From an uncultured Verrucomicrobiae bacterium (lineage in GTDB: Bacteria; Verrucomicrobiota; Verrucomicrobiia; Limisphaerales; Palsa-1400), in assembly GCA_963764165.1 (NCBI GenBank), contig CAVXRD010000002.1, positions 1,792,001 through 1,856,000 of the forward strand: a stretch of DNA of 64,000 nucleotides. The letters are read 5' to 3'. Under the pieces are notes generated by a model. It saw only the letters and a list, made by a program, of their open reading frames with translations, was not told the DNA's origin and searched no databases. Below are positions 38,550 through 48,521 of the stretch, one piece after another. How positions within the stretch are numbered: position 1 is the first letter of the stretch; each line of letters starts with the position of its first letter. The translations under genes were made by a program, and so were the position numbers.

Positions 38550-40025
38550 ATGCCCATTGAGAAAATTATCGTTCTCGAGGATGACCTGATCGTCCGACGG
38601 AACCTCGAACAACTTTTGCGCCAGCAACGGTACGACGTGGCTGCGGTCGAAACCATCGCCGCCGCCCGCGAACTTCTCGCCAAGGACACCTTCGATCTCC
38701 TGTTCCTGGATTTGCGCCTGCCCGATGGCGAAGGGACCGATCTGCTGCGCGAGCTCCAGACTCACCCCGAAAAGCCGCTGGTCGTCATGATCACCGGATT
38801 CGGTTCGGTCGAATCCGCCGTCGAGTGCATGCGCAACGGCGCTTTCGACTACATGCTCAAGCCGTTTTCTTCCGACCAATTGCAGGTCACGCTGAGGAAG
38901 GCGGAGAATTTCAATCAATTGCTCAAGGTCAATGCCTACTTCAGCAATGCCGAGGAAGACGAAACGGGTTACGAATTGCAGGGCATCAGCCCGGCGATGG
39001 AGAGCTTGCGTCAGTTGATCCGCAAAGTCGCCCGCACCCAGGCCACCGTGCTGATCGCCGGCGAGAGCGGCACTGGCAAGGAATTGGTGGCCCGCGCCCT
39101 TTACCGCCAAAGCCCGCGCAATGCCGCGCCGTTCATCAAAGTCAATTGCGCCGCCATTCCAGAAAATTTGATCGAGAGCGAATTTTTCGGCCACGAGAAA
39201 GGCTCCTTCACCGGAGCCGTCAGCAAGCGCGAAGGCCGATTTGAATTGGCCCACAGCGGCACGATTCTCCTGGATGAAGTCAGCGAAATTTCCCCGCAGG
39301 TGCAGGCAAAACTTTTGCGCGTCTTGCAGGAGCGCGAATTGGAGCGAGTCGGCGGCAACCGCACCATCAAAGTGGACGTGCGCGTGATCGCAACGACGAA
39401 TCGCCGATTGGAAGAAAGTGTCGAGCGGAAAGAATTCCGGCAGGATTTATTTTTCCGCCTGAACGTCGTCCCCATTCAAGTGCCTCCATTGCGCGAGCGA
39501 AAGGTGGATGTCCCGTTTCTGGCCCGGCAATTCATGCCGCGCTTTGCCCGCAAGCACGGCGTCCGCCCGCGCGGATTTTCCGACGAGTGCATGGCGGTCT
39601 TGGAAGCGCACCGCTGGCCCGGCAACGTGCGCGAATTGCAAAACGTCATCGAACGCGCCGTTATTCTGTGCGGCGACGGCGCAATGCTCGACCCGGAGCA
39701 CCTCGGGTTCTCCGCGCAAGCGTCCGCACCCGCGCCCGTAAACGTCCCTTCCATTCAGGCCGCCGCCACCGTTACCGCGCCCGCGCCTTCGCCATCACCA
39801 GCCACGCCGACAACGGCCGAAGGCGAGCCAATTTCCCTTTTCGAGTTGGAAAAGCGGCATATATTAAGTGTCCTTGAGAAAACGCCCAGCCGCACCGCCG
39901 CCGCCAAAGTCCTGGGCATCAGCATCCGCACCCTGCGCAACAAGCTCAAGGAATACGGATTTCAACAAAAGGATGAGGAGGAGGGCGGGGAAGCCGCGGA
40001 ACGGTCTGGCTCTGCGGAACTGTAA
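38550..40025 (+). CDS. Sigma54-dependent response regulator (NtrC/FleR-like: REC-AAA-Fis HTH)
   Basis: 'VLEDD', 'LDLRLPDG', 'GESGTGKE', 'ESEFFGHEKGSFTGA', 'LLDEV', 'WPGNVRELQN', 'AAKVLGISIRTLRNKL'. Confidence 0.95.
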   Translation: MPIEKIIVLEDDLIVRRNLEQLLRQQRYDVAAVETIAAARELLAKDTFDLLFLDLRLPDGEGTDLLRELQTHPEKPLVVMITGFGSVESAVECMRNGAFDYMLKPFSSDQLQVTLRKAENFNQLLKVNAYFSNAEEDETGYELQGISPAMESLRQLIRKVARTQATVLIAGESGTGKELVARALYRQSPRNAAPFIKVNCAAIPENLIESEFFGHEKGSFTGAVSKREGRFELAHSGTILLDEVSEISPQVQAKLLRVLQERELERVGGNRTIKVDVRVIATTNRRLEESVERKEFRQDLFFRLNVVPIQVPPLRERKVDVPFLARQFMPRFARKHGVRPRGFSDECMAVLEAHRWPGNVRELQNVIERAVILCGDGAMLDPEHLGFSAQASAPAPVNVPSIQAAATVTAPAPSPSPATPTTAEGEPISLFELEKRHILSVLEKTPSRTAAAKVLGISIRTLRNKLKEYGFQQKDEEEGGEAAERSGSAEL

Positions 40026-40380
40026 TATCACGCTTTCCTGATGGCGGAGGCAGATTGCGGCGGTCTTCTTCCGTCGCGTAGGCGTTCGTCAGCCACTGGG
40101 CCTGATCGAACAGAACGCCCAAAAACACCTGCGATGCGTCTGCCCTGCAATTGACGGCGAAAAGATTTACCGCGGGAAAGCGGACTTGCCGCGCCGTAGC
40201 CCAGGCTAAGGCGGGAACTCCTCTTGGAGCCGCCGAAATTCCAGCCGGTCTCATTGAGTGCAAAAATTGAGGACACCTGTGCGAACGTGACAACGCTAGT
40301 CAAGTATCCCGCCTGCAAGACAAACTGAGCTGCCACGATCCTGTTTTGACTTCGAGAGGGAATAGGCAAACAGTATCCAT

Positions 40381-41652
40381 GTGAAGTTTACAATCACGAT
40401 CTTCGCGAGCTGGCTGCTATTGACTGGATCAACGGCGCACGCTCAATTTGATTATACAACAAATGCCGACGACACCATCACAATCAATGGTTATTCCGGA
40501 CCTGGCGGCAATGTTGCTATCCCCGGCACAATCAATGGATTGGCTGTCACCGCAATTGGCTCAGAAGCGTTCGCCGATGACACCAACCTGACTGGCATCA
40601 CGATCCCAGCCACTGTCATGGTCATTGAATCAAACGCATTTACTGAGTGCTTAGGTCTTACGAATGTCGTGTTCGGCGAGGGAATTCAAGCGATTGGGGA
40701 AAGGGCGTTTGAAAGCTGTTTTAATTTGCGGAATATCACTTTCCCTGACGGACTTGAAGATATTGAGGACTGGGCATTTGACTTTAGCGGCCTAACGCGT
40801 GTCAGCATCCCAAATAGCGTTACAAATTTAGGAAACGCAGCTTTCTATGCGTGTCAGAGTATGACAAACATCGTCATGGGAAACGGAATAAGCGCTGTCC
40901 AACAATTAACATTTGCACTGACTCGCCCCACAGTGGTTGTAGTGCCAGATACAGTCACTGAGATTCTGGAGAATGCATTTAACGGTTGTGATAGAATGAC
41001 CACACTGAAGCTGGGCAACGGCGTCGGAAGCATTGGTCCGGATGCGTTTTCACGATGTTCCAGCCTGGCAAATCTGGCAATTCCGTCAAATGTTACGAAC
41101 ATTGGAGAGTACGCATTCAGCTTGTGCTCGTCGCTGTCAAGTGTAACGCTTCCTCGTTCGATAACGAGCATTCCTGACGATGCATTTTGGAACTGCGCTG
41201 CGTTGACGAATCTGGTTATTCCCGCGACGGTGACTCACATTGGGTACCAGACGTTTTTGGGGTGCAGTTCTCTCAAAAGTGTCTTCTTCGCGGGGAATGC
41301 GCCTATAATTGGCGGCGGGAGCACGTTTGAGTATGATACCAATGCGACAATTTACTACATGCCGGGAACCGTTGGATGGAGCGATTTCGCAACCAATGCC
41401 GATGTTCCGACGGTGTTGTGGAACCCGCTCATTCAAACCGCCGACGGTAATTTTGGCGTTCGAGAAAATCAGTTTGGCTTTGACATCACTGGGACTCCTG
41501 ATATTCCCATTGTGGTGGAAGCTAGCACAGACTTGGTTGCTCCAATGTGGACTCCGCTGGAATTCCTCTCGCTCACCAACGGCCTAATTTATTTTTCCAT
41601 ATCAATAGCATCAAACAGTCCTAACGGCTTTTATCGCATAAGTTCACCGTGA
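40381..41652 (+). CDS. BspA-type leucine-rich-repeat surface protein
   Basis: Signal 'AHA/QF'; 'IPxSVTxIGxxAF..C' repeats; C-terminal module paralogous to 8851-10065. Confidence 0.9.
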   Translation: MKFTITIFASWLLLTGSTAHAQFDYTTNADDTITINGYSGPGGNVAIPGTINGLAVTAIGSEAFADDTNLTGITIPATVMVIESNAFTECLGLTNVVFGEGIQAIGERAFESCFNLRNITFPDGLEDIEDWAFDFSGLTRVSIPNSVTNLGNAAFYACQSMTNIVMGNGISAVQQLTFALTRPTVVVVPDTVTEILENAFNGCDRMTTLKLGNGVGSIGPDAFSRCSSLANLAIPSNVTNIGEYAFSLCSSLSSVTLPRSITSIPDDAFWNCAALTNLVIPATVTHIGYQTFLGCSSLKSVFFAGNAPIIGGGSTFEYDTNATIYYMPGTVGWSDFATNADVPTVLWNPLIQTADGNFGVRENQFGFDITGTPDIPIVVEASTDLVAPMWTPLEFLSLTNGLIYFSISIASNSPNGFYRISSP

Positions 41653-41831
41653 ACGAAACCGCGCTCGTGTGGCGACCGACTGCGCCTCTCCGGCATCAGT
41701 CCTTGCGACATTCCTCACTATTGACACATTTGTATCCGGAAATGGGAATCCGTCTTCATCCACTGCCATTCCCGCCGCTCGCGCCGGGGCCGTAAAAGCC
41801 GCATTGCCCCCCACGGACGCCGGGCCCAAGT

Positions 41832-41952
41832 CAGATTTTGACAATCTCTCTGAAAAGGACGCCTCGCCGAGGCGTCCGGTTGCGCGTGGATAGGCAAAGG
41901 GTCGCTCGTGAATAATGCCTCACCCCGGACGCCTCGGCGAGGCGTCCCTACC
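41832..41952. repeat. Family-A REP-like doublet (GGACGCCTCGCCGAGGCGTCC ... GGACGCCTCGGCGAGGCGTCCCTACC)
   Basis: Arms at 41857-41878 and 41926-41952; flanking sequence shared with 8955-9018. Confidence 0.85.
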
Positions 41953-41968
41953 AAAACATGCCGGAGGC

Positions 41969-42200
41969 ATCCGAGATTGCAGCCGGTGGTTGAGCGGAGC
42001 GCAGCGGAAGCGACACCACCGGATAACAATTTAGAAATCAGAACGCACCCCGGAAGTGGGTGCCAGCATCGGGTGTCAAATGCGACCCCTGTATTTGGAA
42101 GGTGCTGGGACGCCTTTCAGGGCCCGAAGATATTTGGCATTTGTTTCCGGTGGTGTCGCTGCCGCTCAACCACTGGCTGCAATCTGGCATCCCTCCGGGA
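41969..42200. repeat. Composite inverted-repeat element (family F)
   Basis: AGATTGCAGCCGGTGGTTGAGCGG...GCGACACCACCGGA versus TCCGGTGGTGTCGC..CCGCTCAACCACTGGCTGCAATCT. Confidence 0.75.
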
Positions 42201-43080
42201 TTCGGTTTAGATGCGTCTGCCCGCCACCAGGCGTCTGGCCTGATTGATTGACACTCTTTGGGGTGTCAACGGGCTTGGGGTAAACCGGCAGCGGGTCGCC
42301 GTAGGGAGGGCGGTAGCCTTCCGGAAAACCATTCGGATAGCGCCGCTTCATTTCCGTCCGCACCTGGAGCGTGACTTCCTCCTCCTCATACCGCATCGCC
42401 GCTCCCGGCCCTTCCCATCGTCTTAGGTCGTTGTTCCAGTTGGCGGCGAAGCGGCCAGTGCCCAGGATTTTATTGATGCGGTCCTCCTGTTCCTCGGGCG
42501 AGCGCTTGCGGTTTTTTTCCGCCTCTTGCCGCAGGCGCTCCTCCAGCATTTTCAGCTTCTCCCGGTCGAGCCGCACCTTCTCGCCGTAATACTCGGCCCG
42601 GCGCAGCAGGCCGTAGGACATCACCAATTGGTGCAGCGACGCCGTTTTGTCCGGCCCGTCGGGCATGGCCCCGCAGCGCTGCATCTCCACGAACAGCCGC
42701 GCGCTCAGCACGACTGCCAGATGCCGGTTGAGATTTTCCGCCGCCGGACCTTCCACCCCGGCGGCGGCCGTGGCCACGGCTTCCACCGCCTCCTGCGTGT
42801 TCCGCTGCTCCAGCCATCCTGCGTAACCGCCTTGCCTCCAGCGCGAGAGGTTGACTTCCGTGATGGGCTGGGAGTCAAAAGATTGCGCCAGCACGCGCTG
42901 CACCTCCGGCAGGCCGTTGAGCCATTCCAGAATGGCGGCAGGCGCTTCCGCCTCCAAAAGCCGCTCGTTCAATTCAGCCCGGATATCGGCGGGCAGGCGC
43001 GCGATCTTGCTGGTGCGGGCGCGGCCTGTCGGCCCGCTGCATTCCTGCCCCGGCTGAACAATCGATGATTCGGTTGTCAT
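42166..43080 (-). CDS. Hypothetical protein with DUF3486-like N-terminus
   Basis: 'SKIARLPADIRAELNERL...ILEWLN...NLSRWRQGGY..W'; coiled-coil C-half; stop falls inside repeat F. Confidence 0.6.
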   Translation of the reverse strand: MTTESSIVQPGQECSGPTGRARTSKIARLPADIRAELNERLLEAEAPAAILEWLNGLPEVQRVLAQSFDSQPITEVNLSRWRQGGYAGWLEQRNTQEAVEAVATAAAGVEGPAAENLNRHLAVVLSARLFVEMQRCGAMPDGPDKTASLHQLVMSYGLLRRAEYYGEKVRLDREKLKMLEERLRQEAEKNRKRSPEEQEDRINKILGTGRFAANWNNDLRRWEGPGAAMRYEEEEVTLQVRTEMKRRYPNGFPEGYRPPYGDPLPVYPKPVDTPKSVNQSGQTPGGGQTHLNRIPEGCQIAASG

Positions 43081-43258
43081 ACGCTCAACAAATACCACAG
43101 AACCGTGGAACTGCAAGCATAATTGACAAAAAGATTTTTGAGCTTATTTTTCTTCCTGTGCCCGTGAGGGCGTGTTCTTTGAAATTCAGAAGGCAAGGCA
43201 ACGAAACTCGGGTCGGGGCTTATGGTCGAAAGCGTGTGGTGGGCGCAGGCCGATCGGC

Positions 43259-43441
43259 GGAGCGCGGCTGTGTCGAAGACCAGCCGCAGCCGCGTCGAAA
43301 CCAGTGGCGCGTTGGAAAGATCTCCAGGCTCGCCAGTCGCAGTTCTGAAGTTTTGAGCTGTTTTTCGGAGGTGGTCGCAACAAGAATCGCTGGCGGTTGT
43401 TTGAGAGCGGCTGCGGCTGGTCTTCGACACAGCCGCGCTCC
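43259..43441. repeat. Family-B element with perfect 35-bp inverted repeats
   Basis: GGAGCGCGGCTGTGTCGAAGACCAGCCGCAGCCGC (43259-43293) and its exact reverse complement (43407-43441). Confidence 0.9.
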
Positions 43442-43654
43442 CTTCAAAGCGAATCGGGGCACTCTCACTTGCGCCTCTCCATCCCTTCATTCCTACCCGA
43501 TCCAGGGCCAGGGCATTGCATCCTATTTCACCCTATTGCACCCTTGGTTTTTTCGCGACGAAAACCGGTTCGCCCCGGCGCCCGCCGGCGGCAAATATCC
43601 GCCCCTCTCCCGATTCTTCTGGAACAGCGCCTTTTGCCGGGATAACGTGCCTGC

Positions 43655-44596
43655 GTGAGAGTTTTGCCACGACCGGAGGTCATCCTCACCCACGAAAGCG
43701 ATTTGGATGGTTTGGTGGCCGGAGTGCTTCTGCAACGGCTGGCCAGGCACGTCTTTAGCGCCGACGTCCGTTTGGAAGCCTTCCACTATAATAATTGGCG
43801 GCTGCGCGAGCCCCGGGAAAAATCCGGCTGGGTCTGCGACCTCAGCTTTGAGCCGCGCCTGGATAAGGCGGACTGGGTGGTCATCGATCATCATGCGACC
43901 GAGGCGCAGCCCAAGAATGCGATGTTCATTCACGATCTCGGAAAATCCGCCGGGCTCCTTTGCTACGAATTGTGCAAGGAGCACGGGCTTGGCACGCCGG
44001 AGCTGGATCGCCTCGTGCATTTGAACAACGTGGCCGACTTGTTCCTGGAGAATGACCCGGATTTTACGATCGCCAACGATTACGCGAACCTGGTCAAGAC
44101 TTACAACTTTTGGAATCTGCATTCGTTGATCGACGGCCAGATCGAGAAGCTGCTCGATCATCCGCTGCTCGAAGTCATGGCTGTCAAGAGGAAGATAGAA
44201 GATCCGCTCGGCCTTGCCTGGAGCAAGGCGAACATTCTCGAAATCAGCCCCGCCATTGGCTACGTGGAAACGGTGGTCGGCAATACGAATTTGATCGTGC
44301 ATCAGTTGCTCGATCAGAAGCATTCAAAATATCCGGTGCTGATGACCCTTTTCCGCAAGGCGAACAGCACAGTCGTCGTAAGCCTGCGCAGCAGGAATGG
44401 CGAGGCGTTAAAGGTCGCCGAAAAACTGCAGGGCGGCGGCCATGCCAATGCCGCCGGCGCAACGCTCCCCAAATCGATCAAAAGCGTGGCGGATGCCATC
44501 GAATATCTTCGCTATCTGTTTGACACGACTCCAAAAAAAGACGAGCCGCTCAACAGCCTGGAAGGTTTGTTCGCTGGGTTGGAAGTGAAGCCCTGA
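43655..44596 (+). CDS. DHH/DHHA1 phosphoesterase (nanoRNase-like)
   Basis: 'THESDLDG', 'CDL', 'IDHH', 'VSLRS', 'GGGHANAAG'. Confidence 0.9.
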   Translation: MRVLPRPEVILTHESDLDGLVAGVLLQRLARHVFSADVRLEAFHYNNWRLREPREKSGWVCDLSFEPRLDKADWVVIDHHATEAQPKNAMFIHDLGKSAGLLCYELCKEHGLGTPELDRLVHLNNVADLFLENDPDFTIANDYANLVKTYNFWNLHSLIDGQIEKLLDHPLLEVMAVKRKIEDPLGLAWSKANILEISPAIGYVETVVGNTNLIVHQLLDQKHSKYPVLMTLFRKANSTVVVSLRSRNGEALKVAEKLQGGGHANAAGATLPKSIKSVADAIEYLRYLFDTTPKKDEPLNSLEGLFAGLEVKP

Positions 44597-44600
44597 CTTA

Positions 44601-44852
44601 GGTAGGGACGCCTCGCCATAAGAGTTAACTTAGAAGCCGGCATCGCACGCGAATATTCTCTTTTTTCCCTCGCCCCGCCTGCGGGGAGAGGGTTAGGGAG
44701 GGCCGAGGCCGCAGAATCAGTGACACGCAACCAAACACGATGGGGTGGAAGATTTAATGAGATCCCCACTCTCCGGATCTCTCCCCGCAGGCGGGGCGAG
44801 AGGGTAAGAGGCTGATTCGCAAGGTCAAGACTTATGCCGAGGCGCCCCTACC
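44601..44852. mobile_element. Nested repeats: family-A palindrome split by a 218-bp MITE that itself contains a family-C element
   Basis: GGTAGGGACGCCTC-GCC [44618-44835; ends ATAAGAGTTAACTT...AAGGTCAAGACTTAT] GCC-GAGGCGCCCCTACC. Confidence 0.75.
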
Positions 44853-44980
44853 GCGCTTCGCGCGCATCCGTCACTCAATCTTCAAACAATACCGCTGGAA
44901 AAAAACGGGAACTCGTGAAAGATTGACCACTTGGATTCGCTGGCGAAAATGTTTGAATCCGCTGAAATTCAGCGACTTGT

Positions 44981-47539
44981 GTGAATGTGAATATGCGCGC
45001 TTTTATTTGTCTTTGTTATCTTTCGGTGGTCGCGGCCTGTCTCGGTCAAAAGGCTGAGGTGGCCGCAAAACTTCCGGGCTTGCAGCCAGATGGTTCGGTG
45101 CTGCTCCATAATCAATGGTCGGTGAAGCCTGCGGGCCGGCAGATTGATTTGAGCAATTGTTTTCCCGTGAACCTCGCCATCGAACCGAAAGGCCGGTTCG
45201 CGGCAGTGCTGCTGGCCGGATACACCGCGCATGAAGTGATCGGCGTTGATTTGAGCACCGGCGTGGTAACAAGCCGCGCGCCCCTGAAGCAGACTTTTTA
45301 CGGGCTCACGCTTTCCCGCGACGGGCACACGCTTTATTGCAGCGGCGCCGGAGAGGAAACGGTGCATCGCTTTTCGTTCGCGGAGGGCGTGATTACGAAT
45401 GGCGCGGAAATAAGAATACATGACAAGAAATTGCGCGGCGTTCCGTCCGGCCTCGCGCTGGACCGGGCGGAGAAAAAATTATTCGTGGCCAATGTCATGG
45501 GCGACGAGGTCTCAGAAGTGATGCTTGGCGCGGAGCATGTCGTAACCGACATCAGCGTAGGAACGCAGCCCGCGCAACTGTCGGAATCGCCAGTAAAGCC
45601 TTCGGCGGATTTTGAAACCGAAGCGGCCGACAAACGGGCCGAAGCCGCCCTCTTCGGCAACGATCCGAACCACAGCTATCCCTACGCATGCTGCCTGGAC
45701 GACAAGCATCACCGCCTCTACGTGAGCCTTTGGGCGCAAGCCGCCGTCAGCGTGGTTGATTCCGAGTCCGGCAAAGTTTTGGGCCGCTGGCAAACGGAGG
45801 AGCACCCATGCGAAATGGCGCTGACCCGCAATGGAAAACTGTTGTATGTCGCCAACGCCAATCGAAACACCGTCACGGTCATCGACACTGCCAATGGGAA
45901 AACATTGGAAACGATTTGGGCCGCGTTTTTCCCGAATGCGCCGGAGGGTTCAACGCCCAACAGCCTTGCATTGTCACCGGACGAAAAGACGTTGTATGTC
46001 GCCAACGCCAATGTAAATGCCGTTGCGGTTTTTGATGTCAGCAGCCGCAGGCACAGCACCTCGGCGGGATTTATCCCGGTGGGATGGTATCCAACTTCTG
46101 TGCGCGTGACACCGGACGGAAAGCATCTGGTCGTTGCGAACGGCAAAGGGGCTGCGCCGCATTCCAACATTCCGAGCCCGAGCTCCAAGGGCTACATCGG
46201 CACATTGTATCATGGCACGCTGAGCATGATTGATTTGCCCGATGGCGCGAATCGGGAGGCGCAGATGGCCCGCTGGACGCGGACAGCCTTCGCCTGCACG
46301 CCGCTCAAGGCCGAGAACGTGATCGCCGCCGCACCTTCGCCCGGGAACCCAATTCCCGCAAAACTCGGTGATCCAAGTCCAATTAAATATGTCATATATA
46401 TTATCAAGGAGAACCGCACTTACGACCAGGTTCTTGGCGACATCAAATCGGGCAACGGCGACGAGAAAATTTGCCTCTTCCCCGAGAAGGTCACGCCGAA
46501 CCATCACAAGCTGACGCGCGATTACGTTTTGCTGGACAATTTTTACGCGGAGTCGGAAGTCAGCGCCAGCGGCCATGAATGGAGCATGGGCGCTTATTGC
46601 AATGACTTCGTCGAGAAAACCTGGCCGCAAAATTACGGGCACAATCGCGATGGCAAATTTCCGTATCCGGCGGAAGGCTCGTTTCCCATTGCTTCGCCCT
46701 CGGCGGGATACTTGTGGGATCGCGCACGGGAGGCGGGTGTCAGCTATATCAGCTACGGCGAATTCATCACCACCTCCCAAGCGGCGAGCAAGCCGGGCAA
46801 AGCTCGTGTCAAATCCCTGGAAGGCCACTTCGATCCGATGTATCGCGGCTTCGATTTGGGCTTCAGCGACCTTGCGCGGGCCGACCGATTCATTTCCGAA
46901 TACAAACGATTGGGGGCCGCCGGCCAGATGCCGCGATTGCAAATCGTCCGCCTGCCCAATGATCACACGCACGGCGCGACAGTTAACTTCCCGATCCCGT
47001 CCGCCTACGTGGCGCAAAATGATTTGGCGCTGGGCCGAATCGTCGAAGCGGTGAGCCAATCAAAATTCTGGCCCCAGACGGCGATTTTCATTGTCGAAGA
47101 CGACGCGCAGAACGGTTCGGACCACGTCGACGCCCACCGGACGGTGGCCATGATCGCCAGCCCTTACGCCAGGCACGGAGTGACGGATTCGACGATGTAT
47201 TCCACCACCAGCATGCTGCGCACGATGGAATTGATTCTCGGATTGAAGCCCATGTCGCAATTCGACGCGGCCGCGCGCCCGATGTATGAATCGTTTCAAG
47301 CCGAGCCGGATTTGCGCCCTTACGAACCGTTGCCGGCGCAAATAAACATCGAGGAAAAAACCCGCCCCGCCGCATACGGATCGAACGTCAAAATGAATTT
47401 CGCGGTGGAAGACGCCGCCGATGATTACCTGCTAAACGAGATCATATGGAAATCCGTCCGGGGCGCGGATTCAGCGATGCCCGCCCCCATTCGCGCCGCC
47501 TTCTTCGTTGGCCACAAAGCCGACAAGGACGATGATTAG
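44981..47539 (+). CDS. YncE-like beta-propeller + phosphoesterase (alkaline-phosphatase superfamily) secreted protein
   Basis: YVTN-like repeats 'LYVANA..N.V.V.D', 'GFIPVGWYP'; 'IIKENRTYDQVLGD', 'SASGHEW', 'LPNDHT', 'EDDAQNGSDHVDAHR'. Confidence 0.88.
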   Translation: MNVNMRAFICLCYLSVVAACLGQKAEVAAKLPGLQPDGSVLLHNQWSVKPAGRQIDLSNCFPVNLAIEPKGRFAAVLLAGYTAHEVIGVDLSTGVVTSRAPLKQTFYGLTLSRDGHTLYCSGAGEETVHRFSFAEGVITNGAEIRIHDKKLRGVPSGLALDRAEKKLFVANVMGDEVSEVMLGAEHVVTDISVGTQPAQLSESPVKPSADFETEAADKRAEAALFGNDPNHSYPYACCLDDKHHRLYVSLWAQAAVSVVDSESGKVLGRWQTEEHPCEMALTRNGKLLYVANANRNTVTVIDTANGKTLETIWAAFFPNAPEGSTPNSLALSPDEKTLYVANANVNAVAVFDVSSRRHSTSAGFIPVGWYPTSVRVTPDGKHLVVANGKGAAPHSNIPSPSSKGYIGTLYHGTLSMIDLPDGANREAQMARWTRTAFACTPLKAENVIAAAPSPGNPIPAKLGDPSPIKYVIYIIKENRTYDQVLGDIKSGNGDEKICLFPEKVTPNHHKLTRDYVLLDNFYAESEVSASGHEWSMGAYCNDFVEKTWPQNYGHNRDGKFPYPAEGSFPIASPSAGYLWDRAREAGVSYISYGEFITTSQAASKPGKARVKSLEGHFDPMYRGFDLGFSDLARADRFISEYKRLGAAGQMPRLQIVRLPNDHTHGATVNFPIPSAYVAQNDLALGRIVEAVSQSKFWPQTAIFIVEDDAQNGSDHVDAHRTVAMIASPYARHGVTDSTMYSTTSMLRTMELILGLKPMSQFDAAARPMYESFQAEPDLRPYEPLPAQINIEEKTRPAAYGSNVKMNFAVEDAADDYLLNEIIWKSVRGADSAMPAPIRAAFFVGHKADKDDD

Positions 47540-47549
47540 CGCCCCGGCA

Positions 47550-48443
47550 TTAAAGCGGCAGCGCGCTAATTTCCACTTTCAAAGCGCCGCTTTTTCCAGC
47601 GGGGAGTGTGACACGGTTTTCCGCCACGTTGCCGGATTCCACACAAACCATCTGCCGATATTCCTCGTCGCCGAAGTCCGGCATTTGGCCGGCCTTTTCC
47701 GCCCACGGATTCCACAGGACGGTGGACAAGCTGCCGGATTTTTGGATGCGGATGCGGCGGTTTAATTTTGAATCGTGAATTTCCACCGCTCCCTCCGTGT
47801 TCAAATAAACGCGGTCGGTTTCCTGGGTGATTTTGAGATGGTCGGCGCGCTCGGTTTTGCGGCTGAAATGGTCAGTCTTATCGAGGTAATCGAAACCCTT
47901 CAATCCCGTGATCGACGTCGCATCAATATCGCCCACATGAAAATAACTGTGCAGGCAATTTTCAAAGGTAAAATCGCCCCCATCGGATTCGTTGGCTATG
48001 ACCAATTGCACGGCCAATGTCTTGCCGACAGTGATCCAATAATCAGCGGTGAACTTCGGAAAAAGCGCCGCGGAAGGAGAATCCGGCAGCCGCAGCCGAA
48101 GAACGACCTCGCCGGTGACCGATTGCGAAACCTCCTTCAACTCCCAAGTCTGGGTGCGGGCAAAGCCATGCGCCGCCTCGCCCTCGCGCGGGCCGAACCA
48201 TGGAAAAATGACCGGAATGCCGCCACGGATCGCCACGCCGTCACTGAAACGGCTCAATTGGCTCATGAACAGAATCGGCGGCTGCTCTTTGAGTTGGAAA
48301 TTGGTGATGTGCGCGCCGTGGAGATAAATTTCCGCGGTGCTCCATTGGGTGTTGATTTCCAATTTGGAAAGGTCGCCGTTGCCTTCCGAAAAAAGGACCC
48401 GGCCAGGAATCTCAAGCGTCTTCCGCCATTGGCTCGTAGACAT
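47550..48443 (-). CDS. D-hexose-6-phosphate mutarotase (YeaD-like)
   Basis: 'AIRGGIPVIFPWFG', 'HGFAR', 'LHSYF', 'ETDRVY', 'VLWNPW', 'MVCVE'; start ATG 48443. Confidence 0.9.
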   Translation of the reverse strand: MSTSQWRKTLEIPGRVLFSEGNGDLSKLEINTQWSTAEIYLHGAHITNFQLKEQPPILFMSQLSRFSDGVAIRGGIPVIFPWFGPREGEAAHGFARTQTWELKEVSQSVTGEVVLRLRLPDSPSAALFPKFTADYWITVGKTLAVQLVIANESDGGDFTFENCLHSYFHVGDIDATSITGLKGFDYLDKTDHFSRKTERADHLKITQETDRVYLNTEGAVEIHDSKLNRRIRIQKSGSLSTVLWNPWAEKAGQMPDFGDEEYRQMVCVESGNVAENRVTLPAGKSGALKVEISALPL

Positions 48444-48521
48444 AACTTCAGTAATTAGACAAAGCCTAGACCCAATCGGCGCGGATGAAAGCAGAAAACT
48501 CGAAATTATCCCCCGGCAAAT

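Noticed and set aside
39946..40369. Minus-strand ORFs between the sigma54 regulator and the BspA gene
   Set aside because: No recognisable motifs or RBS; one overlaps the regulator's 3' end
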